This document shows, one piece after another, positions 1 to 9,500 of a stretch of DNA of 64,000 nt. Origin of the DNA: a virus (lineage: Duplodnaviria; Caudoviricetes); the IMG/VR virus record IMGVR_UViG_3300021256_000078, positions 1 to 64,000 of that record; one strand, 5' to 3'. The stretch's first letter is position 1. Every line of letters starts with the position of its first letter. The notes beneath the pieces are model-generated. The model saw only the letters and a program-made list of their open reading frames with translations. It was not told the DNA's origin and searched no databases. Both the position numbers and the translations under genes were made by a program.

Positions 1-239
1 ATATCGCTGTTATATTATATTTTTTGACCCTCCCCCGGGGTGTTTCTCTTTTATTTTTATTTATTTTTTTCTCTTAAAATCGCAAGACGCATAGACGTTG
101 TAGGATTTGATACTAGATAGCTTTACAAACTCATTAAATTCAATTCATAGTAATCAAATCAAATCTAAAGTCATTCATAAAGGCTATCTAGTATCACTAA
201 AAAGAAGTACTAACTATGTGGGTCGCTCATAGTTTAAGA

Positions 240-515
240 TTATTTGTTTTCTTTCTCTTTTACTTTCACATACAATGTTTCTTTACCAGTCAATTGATTA
301 ATCGGTCTTAGATCCATCTCACAGACTTCGTCAACTGCATCTTCGATTGCTCTATTCATTTCCATTTCTGTCAGATCTGGAGATGTTATTGCAATTCTTG
401 CTAATAAGTTACTTGTAAAGTACCCTGCAACAACTTCGTCATATGATTTCCAAGCATCAAACTGCGTAAACGGATTATATGGATTGTCGAGGGTCGACAA
501 CATAGTTCTTGCCAT
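240..515 (-). CDS. hypothetical phage protein
   Basis: 91-aa ORF coupled to the RNAP gene, SD GGGG upstream. Confidence 0.75.
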   Translation of the reverse strand: MARTMLSTLDNPYNPFTQFDAWKSYDEVVAGYFTSNLLARIAITSPDLTEMEMNRAIEDAVDEVCEMDLRPINQLTGKETLYVKVKEKENK

Positions 516-517
516 TG

Positions 518-3343
518 TTATCTGTCCCCCATTCCTTTGAAGTTATTGAATTCTTTCGCTAAAGTAGTAACTGAAATACCAAGTTCTTCTGCAACTTCGG
601 CCGGAGAGTGACCAGAATTTAAGAGTGCTCTGGCTCTGGCTTTTGTAGAGTCTTTCATGCCAGTGTTAGCTCTCGGCATGGCCCTCTTCTTGATTGCATC
701 AGTATCTGCATATCTCAGAATTGTCTTAAGTTTCGTATCAGAGATGGCTCCTGCTTGAATGGCATCCCATTCTCTATCTGTCACATCAATTCTGTATCTT
801 CGGATTGTGTTATTCTTTTCATCCAATCCAAAGACCAGTTCTCTGGCATGGTTCATTTCTTTCTGTGACAGTTTACGAAGCTTGTCTGCATTCTCTTTCA
901 GCTTCAAGTCGGGATTGGCTTCCTTCTTTGCTGCAATGTTGCTAGCTGCAATGAGGGTTGCCTGCCTTTCTTTCGGAGCTTCAAGCATGGCTCTCGAAAC
1001 CTTTTCATTCAAGGATCTGACTTCATCCTTATATGCAAGCTCAGCATCTCGGTTATACTTCAGATTCCCGGTCTCTCTTGCTTCCTTTCTAGCAAGGTTA
1101 CCAAGGGCCTTCATTCTGTTTGCATGCTCAGCATAGATGTTCTCAATCTCATAACCTGAAGACAACTTGTACGCATCCGTCTCTTCTTCCATTCTGGTAG
1201 AGGTTCGGGTATTAGGTACAAGTTTCCCGGCTTTGTTCTTGTGCATCTTCCCAGTATTGCGATAGATGACTTCGCCTCTGTTATACCGTTCCTTTTCTTC
1301 GTCGGTCATATCATTGTATGAATAGACTTCCTTGCGTTCTGGAAGGTTATGCACTTCACCTTTAGCCTTTGAGATCAGAGTTGAGGATCCGCCTTTCGGT
1401 CCGTTCTGATAATCCTCTCTGAGCTGAGCAATGTTGTTGTCCCGTTCGGAACGCTGCCAGTCGAGGTTGTGTTTCTCGGCATCGATGACAACCATGGAAT
1501 GCTTAACGGCTCTCTCAATTTCATCGAGACTTGCATTCTTGATTGTCATATCTGTAATCAGGTTTGAGGCCATGCCCATCTGAACCTGTTTGTTAAATCC
1601 ATCGCCCTTCTTACCGTCACGGCTCTTGCCTGTACAAGTGGTGTCGTCGGGATCTCTGGCGTATTCATCAGTGCTGAATCCTTTCAGACCGGGCAAGGGA
1701 TCGCTGGTCTTCAGTTTTTGTCCCTTTGTCGGAATGACAAGCACTGTATCGCCGTCAAAATCTGCTCCTGAAAGCTGAGCTGCCACATTCACATTAATAC
1801 CAATAGCATGAGCTGCTTTCAGTCCGATAGAATCGATGGCATCTTTGTTCTTGTTATTAACCTTCAGCCTTGGAATTTCAAATGTTCCTGCATGAGGGTG
1901 TCTTACAAGAATGACTTCTTCGCCATCGTTGTACATAGGTGCAAAGACTTCATTGTCTTTCAGACTTTTGACTGGCAGAATGGCGAATGATCCCTGTCTT
2001 GGAAGAGCAGCCGCTTTCAGAAAGACTGCTGCTGAATCACAGGAATCTGCAAAGTCTTCACAGAGCTGTCTTTTAAGCGTCGGATTGGTCAAACTCTTCA
2101 GTTCCTCGAATTCATCTGCGAATTCCTTATACCGAATGTCCAACTGTCTCTTGGCCAAAGACGGCATCTGCTTAGAAAGAAACTGTGATGACAGATTTTT
2201 CTTCCATCCTTCCCAGTCTTCATCGTCGTTGACGATATTCATTGGGGATCTGACTTTATTTCCATCAGCATCCTCATAATCCCATCCTCTGAATGCCGAT
2301 CCGAACGGATTTGTCGGATCTTTCTTCATGATTTTCAGAACTGTGTGGTCGCTGTCTGGCCCAAGCGGAGGTGTTCCCTTCTTGTAGTGCGAGTTGTAGA
2401 TGATATCGATACCGGGTGGCATATCGTCAGGATTCCCATAAATGGCCATTCCCTTCATATAATGCGTCCCGTCGACCGCAACTCGAACCTGAGCGTAGTT
2501 TCGTCCTCCAAGGGATACGTCCTGAACACCTGGTCGAACCTCAATCACACCATCTTTTGCAGCTCCTCCGTCTTCAGCGTATTTCACAAGAATTCTTGAA
2601 GAGTCGATGCTCGTGATAGGCTGTGAGAAAACAGCTTCTTTGCCGAAATCTTTGAAATACACACCTTTTGGAGAAGTAATCTCTCCAAGATGAGCTCTCA
2701 TTTCAGCATAGGTTGCATCTTCCGGACATAGGATTTTCATGTTGGTATGCTGCTTCGGATTGGTTACCTGATTCAGCTTGTAGGAATAGACATTATAGCC
2801 TTCGTCCTCCAGAAGCAACGTCGCTGCATGAAGCTGATCGGCACTGATATTTAGCTGTTTTTCCACGCCTTCACCAACGTCCAGGAACCGTTTGTGTTCG
2901 AGTTCCTGTTTCAGAACGTCAGCAATGCCCTTGACGGTGTCTTCACGCCTCTTTTTGTTCGGGTTCAGCAGATTTCGCACAGTTCCTTCAGAAACGCCGA
3001 GTTTTTCAGCAATTGCTGTATTGCTGTAGCCCTTGGCGCTCCACTTTTCGGCCTTAATCTGATTTTCCGCGTCAATCTGATTTTTGTAGATTTTCCGCAT
3101 GGCACGGTAATCCTGGGTTTTCATGCCCATAGCGGCTGCAACTTCCTTCTGTGGAAGTCCCTGCGCAACCAGATCATCGGCTCTCTGAAGCCAGTTTCTG
3201 TTTCTTTGGGGATTTTTACCTGATCCCCATGGATAACGTCCCGAATGCCTCGGTGTTCCGTAATGAGCGATATAACCTTCAGAAGGTGCATCATCATTTT
3301 CGCCAATTACCGGGTTTTCCTGTTCAACATACTGGTCATCCAT
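518..3343 (-). CDS. single-subunit double-psi-barrel RNA polymerase (YonO/cellular-RdRP-like) with multiple HTH motifs
   Basis: SGADFDGD metal-binding loop (DFDGD at 1748-1762), VRHP motif, QVR...MKG barrel motif; HTH-like segments such as GYSNTAIAEKLGVSEGTVRNLL and C-terminal GHSPAEVAEELGISVTTL; start moved to ATG 3343 with SD GAGG. Confidence 0.8.
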   Translation of the reverse strand: MDDQYVEQENPVIGENDDAPSEGYIAHYGTPRHSGRYPWGSGKNPQRNRNWLQRADDLVAQGLPQKEVAAAMGMKTQDYRAMRKIYKNQIDAENQIKAEKWSAKGYSNTAIAEKLGVSEGTVRNLLNPNKKRREDTVKGIADVLKQELEHKRFLDVGEGVEKQLNISADQLHAATLLLEDEGYNVYSYKLNQVTNPKQHTNMKILCPEDATYAEMRAHLGEITSPKGVYFKDFGKEAVFSQPITSIDSSRILVKYAEDGGAAKDGVIEVRPGVQDVSLGGRNYAQVRVAVDGTHYMKGMAIYGNPDDMPPGIDIIYNSHYKKGTPPLGPDSDHTVLKIMKKDPTNPFGSAFRGWDYEDADGNKVRSPMNIVNDDEDWEGWKKNLSSQFLSKQMPSLAKRQLDIRYKEFADEFEELKSLTNPTLKRQLCEDFADSCDSAAVFLKAAALPRQGSFAILPVKSLKDNEVFAPMYNDGEEVILVRHPHAGTFEIPRLKVNNKNKDAIDSIGLKAAHAIGINVNVAAQLSGADFDGDTVLVIPTKGQKLKTSDPLPGLKGFSTDEYARDPDDTTCTGKSRDGKKGDGFNKQVQMGMASNLITDMTIKNASLDEIERAVKHSMVVIDAEKHNLDWQRSERDNNIAQLREDYQNGPKGGSSTLISKAKGEVHNLPERKEVYSYNDMTDEEKERYNRGEVIYRNTGKMHKNKAGKLVPNTRTSTRMEEETDAYKLSSGYEIENIYAEHANRMKALGNLARKEARETGNLKYNRDAELAYKDEVRSLNEKVSRAMLEAPKERQATLIAASNIAAKKEANPDLKLKENADKLRKLSQKEMNHARELVFGLDEKNNTIRRYRIDVTDREWDAIQAGAISDTKLKTILRYADTDAIKKRAMPRANTGMKDSTKARARALLNSGHSPAEVAEELGISVTTLAKEFNNFKGMGDR

Positions 3344-3917
3344 TGTTCTCAACCTCTCTCAACGATTCTGAAGCCCAGGCTTCTTTTTCCTTTATCAAGC
3401 AGATGACCTCTTCCATACGATCCTTATCCGGACTGTACTCCTGAATGTCGTCATTCTGATAAATGCGAAGATTCACCTTCGTGTTGAGAGGATTGACGCC
3501 CATAACCCGTTCATATTCCATCAGAAACAGAGCAGCATAAACTTCAAGCTGCTCCATATGAACCGGGCCTGTTCCTGTTTTCAAATCATGAATCCTGAGG
3601 ATTCCTCTCCCGAAGTCAATCGTGTCTGCATGTCCAAAACAGTTATCCGTGTATTTCAATCCGACTTCAGGCGTCATGCCATAACCGATTGCATCATTCA
3701 CATAGTCAACGAAAGTCTGACCTTTGCCTTTCAGCTTATAGGTTCCTTCACTGATCAGACTCGCTGCGAGATTATGGAGCCAGGTTCCTCTGGCAGCAGC
3801 GTTCTGCGAAATGATATACTTTCGGATCTGGTCCTGTGTATAATTCAGCCAGTATGGCTTACTCGGACTCAGAATGGCATGCTTATCTTTCAACTCCAAA
3901 TGCTTGTTGAAGATCAT
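3336..3917 (-). CDS. PD-(D/E)XK exonuclease, Cas4/DUF2800-like
   Basis: HAILSPS, GTWLH, E...GHAD...DLKTG, QL..YA motifs; start at ATG 3917 with AGGAGG. Confidence 0.7.
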   Translation of the reverse strand: MIFNKHLELKDKHAILSPSKPYWLNYTQDQIRKYIISQNAAARGTWLHNLAASLISEGTYKLKGKGQTFVDYVNDAIGYGMTPEVGLKYTDNCFGHADTIDFGRGILRIHDLKTGTGPVHMEQLEVYAALFLMEYERVMGVNPLNTKVNLRIYQNDDIQEYSPDKDRMEEVICLIKEKEAWASESLREVENNG

Positions 3918-4179
3918 CGAGTACCTCCTGTTTGTTTTCAGGATAAACAAATCGACTGAAGGACATTTGATTTGCCCTGTCGACATAGTAATCCTGATTC
4001 GGTTGATGACTCGCGACTTTCGACTGCTTGCATTCGAGAAGCGCCCAGTGGTCTTCCCATAGAACGGTCAGATCCGGCAGACCTTGCCGTGACTCGTTCT
4101 TATAAATCAGAGCTCCCGGAAGCAAGCTTTCAAGTTCGCTGATAAGTTCTTTCTGAAATTTGCTTTCGCGCAACTCCAT
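3883..4179 (-). CDS. VRR-NUC family nuclease / resolvase
   Basis: ESKFQ..., GLPD, LECK, Q motifs in 98 aa. Confidence 0.7.
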   Translation of the reverse strand: MELRESKFQKELISELESLLPGALIYKNESRQGLPDLTVLWEDHWALLECKQSKVASHQPNQDYYVDRANQMSFSRFVYPENKQEVLDDLQQAFGVER

Positions 4180-4269
4180 TCACCTCGAAACGCCATAGAG
4201 GCCGTCGGATTTACGACGAGCTCTATTTTTCATTTTCATTGTTTGGTTTCAGTAAATTACCTGAAACGC

Positions 4270-4309
4270 AAAGAAAATAGACCGAGCGTTATCTCGGTCC
4301 TCCCTCTCT
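4270..4309 (-). ncRNA. promoter-driven mini hairpin RNA (second copy 4394-4433)
   Basis: promoter followed directly by GACCGAG-ATAACG-CTCGGTC and a U-rich tail, no ORF. Confidence 0.5.
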
Positions 4310-4586
4310 ACTATAGACGGTGTAAATTTTACGAATTGCCTATAGCCGAAAATATTCGTAAAGTCTTGGAATCCGTCAAATCTGGCGAATCCCAAAGAAA
4401 ATATACCGAGCGTTATCTCGGTCCTCCCTCTCTACTATAGACGGTGTAAATTTTACGAATTTCAGAAAGTGTAAAAATGCACAAAGCTTAGAGAAGTTGC
4501 CAGAATTGAACTGGTTTCTCTTATTTCTAAGTGCGTTACCGTCACGCTCTCCCTCTCTACTATAGACGGTGTAAATTTTACGAATT
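4300..4586 (-). promoter_or_regulatory. three identical tandem phage promoters (38-bp repeat, 124-125 bp period)
   Basis: ctccctctctactatagacggtgtaaattttacgaatt at 4300, 4424 and 4549. Confidence 0.8.
4490..4558 (-). ncRNA. tRNA-like small RNA lacking an anticodon
   Basis: AGAGAGG/CTTCTCT closing stem; D arm GCGT-GACGGTA-ACGC; CTTA-GAAA-TAAG; T arm CCAG-TTCAATT-CTGG. Confidence 0.6.
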
Positions 4587-5833
4587 CAGGTATTTCGAGA
4601 TTTTATGAAGCTGCTTTCGTTAAAGTTTTTCTTTCTCTTCAGTGCGCGTGTAATGGCAATGTCAATTGGGGCAAATGTTCGAAAGCTGTAGTAATACAGA
4701 TCCTTGAACGGCGTGTTCCGTCTGTCGATCCTTCCCATTGCCTGTTCTGTCATCTTGTAGGAATAGCTCTGGGAATAGAACAGGATGGCATTAGTCTCAA
4801 TGCAGTTCCAGCCTTCGGCTCCCGCTGCATACTGGACAAGGTAAACCCAGCGTTCGGCATCCGGAATCTCCTCATGGCGGTGTCCGTTCCATTCCTTCAA
4901 AACGGTTCCTTCTGGCCAAGCTGCCGCTCTCATGATTTCCAGTTCATAATCGAAATTGTAGAAGATGATCAGCTTCGGATGTTTGTCCGCAATTTTCACA
5001 ACTTCCGCAATCCGGCTTGGATCCGCATTCACAACTTTCCGAAGCAGGTAGCAAAGTTCCGAAACGTTTTCAATTGGCTTGTTCTCAAAGACATTCCAGC
5101 GGTCCTTCATAATCTGCCGATACAGTTCCTTGTTGAAATCGGCGAGCAGTTCCTGCTTATGTCGTTCGGTGTGCTTGTCGTAATCGATGTTCACCAGGAT
5201 AGCATCCCGCATTCTCTGCAGAATGAAGTCGTCAACATACCGGTCGACCTGAGGGTACTTAGAGAATCGGTTGTAGATCACATGCCGGTTTTCAAAGTCT
5301 CTTTTGTTCTTAAAGAATCCATTGGCTATGAAAATGGACAGATAGTCCATCCAGCAGTCCCCTGGTGTTGCGGTTAGAAATATCCATTGATTCGACCTAG
5401 CGATCTTGATGAATGCCTTAGCCCATGCGCCGTACCCGACGACCCTCTGTTCATCAAACAGAAAGAATGCGTCTTTAATGTCAATGTATTTCTGGATGTT
5501 GTTCCAGGAATCAACAACGACCTTAACTTTATCTTTGTAGTAACTGACGCTCTGGTCGTCGGATAGCAGGAACCAGTTGAGTTCATCTTCCCATTCCCGC
5601 TTATCCCGTTTCTTGGCCGTTGTGATAATGTACAGATTCTTCGGATGCGGCATTGGAACAAAGTCCTTGTCAAGACCGTACGTTCGGCCATCAATCAGAC
5701 CGCCGCCGACTTTGCAGTGATAATAGGCAAGGCCGGTCCGACTCTTGCCGGAACCGACCCCACCGCAAAGTATATTTCCGTTCCGAAGCTTACACAGCGC
5801 TTTCAGTTGCCCCTCATCCAGTTTCGGAACCAT
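4586..5833 (-). CDS. SF2 (SNF2-like) helicase
   Basis: GGVGSGKS, DEQR, TATPG, EQAMGRIDR motifs. Confidence 0.85.
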   Translation of the reverse strand: MVPKLDEGQLKALCKLRNGNILCGGVGSGKSRTGLAYYHCKVGGGLIDGRTYGLDKDFVPMPHPKNLYIITTAKKRDKREWEDELNWFLLSDDQSVSYYKDKVKVVVDSWNNIQKYIDIKDAFFLFDEQRVVGYGAWAKAFIKIARSNQWIFLTATPGDCWMDYLSIFIANGFFKNKRDFENRHVIYNRFSKYPQVDRYVDDFILQRMRDAILVNIDYDKHTERHKQELLADFNKELYRQIMKDRWNVFENKPIENVSELCYLLRKVVNADPSRIAEVVKIADKHPKLIIFYNFDYELEIMRAAAWPEGTVLKEWNGHRHEEIPDAERWVYLVQYAAGAEGWNCIETNAILFYSQSYSYKMTEQAMGRIDRRNTPFKDLYYYSFRTFAPIDIAITRALKRKKNFNESSFIKSRNT

Positions 5834-5843
5834 TTGTCAGAAC

Positions 5844-6464
5844 TTAGTTAAACGGAACCTCGTCACCGTTCGATCCGACCGGTGCCGTCATGGATGCCTG
5901 CGGAGCTGCGGCAGGCTGCACACCGAAGTTTCTCAAATATCCATACTGATCGTTGACGTAGTTGGATGCAACGTTGGCGATGATGCCGGTGGCGAAGACC
6001 TGATGATACTTGATCCCGTTCTGGTGTTCCTTCTCCTTGGCGCTGATCTCAAGAGTCAGGCACATATTGGAAATATCAAGATCATTGAGCACCTTCACAT
6101 GATCCTTGTCCAAGAAGGTCGGAACGCCGTTGGTCACGCTGATGACCTCGGGAGCAGGGCGAAGACCCTGATCACTCAGATAATAGGACAGTGTCACTGC
6201 CACATAGGGCTCCGGAACGTCGTTCGGACCCTGAACGTTGGTCATTCTGATCTCACAGCCATACTGGGCAAGCTCATCGGCAATCTCCGGTGTAAGGTAG
6301 AGCAGGAAGTTCCGGTTGCCGTCGCCGTTCACGATCTTTCCGGTCACCGGATGACGCTTCTCCACACCGCCGAAATTGCGGGAACGAATCTGTCTGTCGC
6401 CGATTCCATCGATAACTACGCTGCTGAGTCTGTCGTTATAGTACTTTCTTTCCATGATCTGCAT
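5844..6464 (-). CDS. putative single-stranded DNA-binding protein
   Basis: lies between Pol and helicase; flexible tail ending DEVPFN. Confidence 0.6.
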   Translation of the reverse strand: MQIMERKYYNDRLSSVVIDGIGDRQIRSRNFGGVEKRHPVTGKIVNGDGNRNFLLYLTPEIADELAQYGCEIRMTNVQGPNDVPEPYVAVTLSYYLSDQGLRPAPEVISVTNGVPTFLDKDHVKVLNDLDISNMCLTLEISAKEKEHQNGIKYHQVFATGIIANVASNYVNDQYGYLRNFGVQPAAAPQASMTAPVGSNGDEVPFN

Positions 6465-6500
6465 GATGTTGTTCTCCTTTTGTTTTGTAATAATTTAAAA

Positions 6501-9500
6501 TTAGTTTTCCGCCACAAATGTGTTAAAATCTCCGAAAGTGTTAATCGCATCAATGGCTTCCTGAACCTGGGCGTTGAAGTATGACATGTCAATCTTATCC
6601 TCAAGACCGAGGTCCTTTACTGTTTCGGCTTCCAGCCAACGGTAGCCTTTGGCTCCTGCTGCATAACCGAAATTTCCATTATTTTCACGGACCAGCCGAC
6701 CGGCTCCGACTCCATCCACAATGGGGCAGAACAGACCCGCTTTTCCGATGAAACGGTAATCATGGCATCTCCGAATATCCTCTTCCAGTTTGCAGAGTCT
6801 GACGTAATCCTCATGATAGGCCGCCTGCGCAAACTGTTCGATTCTCTTATCAGAAATGCCGGTGAGGTTTGGCGCGAACCGGTTGACCAGATCGGCATCG
6901 TTCTGAGCATTCAGCTCAAACCCGACCTTTTTCCATTTGGCAACCAGCCGATCCCGCTCCTTCTCCATCGGTTCGGAATCCTGGAGATCCTCATCCATGT
7001 CCAGGTAAAGTCCGCCTCCTGTACTGACCGTCTGTGTCACACACAGATCGTAGAAATCAACGGGCTCATGGCTGAACAATGTCTTAAATACATAAGGACT
7101 GGTCTCTTTCTTAAACTGAGCACCGGTTCCTTCCCACTTCCCAGCATCTTTTCCGTTTGCCGGGTCATCCTTATACTTGCAGATGTAAACCGCACGATTG
7201 ACAAGGCAAAGCCGGTCGAACTTATGTTCCACCTCAAATGTGTAACCGAACTTCTTGCCATAGTCATAGACAAACTGGAAGATCTTCTCATCCGGTTTAT
7301 CAATCTTGATACTGTCCGTCTTCACATGGATAACGGTGTAGCCCATTTCCTGCACCTTAAGCATCAGATCGATCATGAACAGCGCGCCACGCTTTGCCAC
7401 CCAGTTGTCAACGTTTCTAGGATCGCGCAATTTGTTCGGAAATTTGGCCCCTGTGAGGCCATAAACGCTGTTTATAGCGATTTTCAGTGCCTGGCTGAGT
7501 TGTTTTGCATCTTCGTCTGAAGTTAAATACGGGGCAAGTATGCCGCCGTAGAGGCTTCTAACCCAGTCATAGTCTTTATGCTTAATATGCAGGCGAATAT
7601 CAAGAAGTGTCTTGAAATTCTCCGTGTATGGACCGAAGCCGTTTTTGGCGATGATAGTCGACGGATGGTGTGAAGCCGAGTCGTAACAATCTGCTCCGTA
7701 GTAGATGCCCGGCCGTTCATACACAAATCCGCCTTCTCCGGGGTCATAGCCCTTATAAAACGAGAATCCTTTGATCTTGGTGTTCCGGTAGTACTGTTTC
7801 CCAAAGAGTATTTCTTCATCCTTGGTCTTCACATACTCTCCGTTGATGTCCATTTCGAAGAAACCGTTAAGCAGTGGGTTTCCGTTCGGAATATCAGTAA
7901 CCGGCAGCATGAATTTCTCCTTCGGAAAGCCATACTGACTGAACTCATACCCTGGGAACTCTTCACTGAGGTTCGGATAGTTGAACAATCCCTGCGGATG
8001 CTTCTCTTTTCCTACAATCAGCTTGGCGGTCAGCGTATTCGTCATGTCATTGACTGTAGAACCGGGACCTCTCAGGGCATTGGCCAGATCCACCAGAATC
8101 TCTCTGGCCTTGAAGTCGGACTGCGTAGCCAGAAATACTTGTTCCGTTGCGTTTACATCATTGCAACAGTATTCTGCAACTCTCTTCCATTTGTCTTTCG
8201 GAACCGGTTTATCCCATGGGAGTCCGGCTTCATCATGCCGAATTGGCACGCCCTTCTTCTGAAGCGCAATCTCCCACTTCTTCAGACTCTTCTTTTCCGA
8301 GCAGTAATCGTAAACGTCGGTATAGGACAGGTTTCTTGCGTTGTAATCCACGTAGCGGTTGAAAGTCTCGCCTTCGTCGTCCTTTTTCTTCTTGTTCGAA
8401 TTGATAATGTTCTGAGACCGTTCGAACAACTCAAAATTGGACGCTCCCTGCATTCTCAGATAACAGATTGTATTATCGTATCCTAGGTTATTGAAACCGA
8501 TCATGTTATACGTTTGGAATATATCAATCAGCTCATGACCGGTTGGGTTGATCATGGGGATACATTCTTTTCCAAGCGGCTTGTAGCAGAACACAAACAA
8601 GTTCGGGAACACTTCGCTATCAAAGAACGCGATGGTCTTTTCTTCACCCATTTTCGGCGGCTCAATCCACTCCGCCTTCTTATTGCTTGAATACTGGAAA
8701 TTGGATGCCTTATCCACGCAGCTGATGGCGTTGTGGGTTGAAGACAAAGCAAACGCCAGGATTTCGGGTTTCATGTCGCTCACATCAAACTCGATCCCGG
8801 CGTCAAGTGCATCCTGCAGAACCTTTCCGATATAGTCAACGCAGCATGTTGTCGAATACGGTTCAATCTCCTTCCGCAATGCCTTCCTGATAGCAGCCAC
8901 CAGATGCTTCTGATTTTCTATGGTGTACTCATTAATCACCTTCCGTTTCTCCTTTCTAAGCGGAAGACCGGATGAAATCGTCGCAATTGGAATATCATTG
9001 CAACGTGTCAGCTTTCTCCGAATCGAAGACAATCCTGTCAACACCTTGAGCTCCGTATTTTCATCGATTCTAGATGCCAACATGTTAATGTCGCCCGTGT
9101 AGAAATAGTACAAATGGATTCCGCCACCACTTCGGCTGATCTCTGCATAGGTTTCAGGCCATTTAGAGGCGGCTTCCATATTTATGGCAAGAGACTTCTC
9201 ACCGGTTACAGGATCCTTTCCGTCAAAGTCAATCCTCACCAGCTTGTTTCGAATCTCTTCCGGCGGTCTGGTATAGTGCAGTTCCGATGTGTTGAGATCC
9301 GCCAGCACTGTGTCGCACTTGTCCCAGGCCTTGGACGGCTGATCGTCGCCATTGGGCTTCACATAGGCATACGACGCCGGCCAGTCCTTTCCCATCTTGT
9401 CGAGAAGACTCTCGGTGGTATTGAACTGAAGCCAGGAACGACTCTCAATCTGTGACGGATCACTCCCCACGCTTCCGTCCGTGAACTTCTCAATCTTGAG

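Noticed and set aside
3336-3917. Cas4 of a CRISPR system
   Set aside because: Lacks the Fe-S cysteine cluster and cas context; an ordinary phage PD-(D/E)XK nuclease
4300-4586. CRISPR mini-array (three 38-bp identical repeats at a regular period)
   Set aside because: Spacers are 86-87 bp, the sequence next to the first two repeats is itself duplicated, no cas operon is present, and the repeat core is the promoter motif dispersed at 28 other sites
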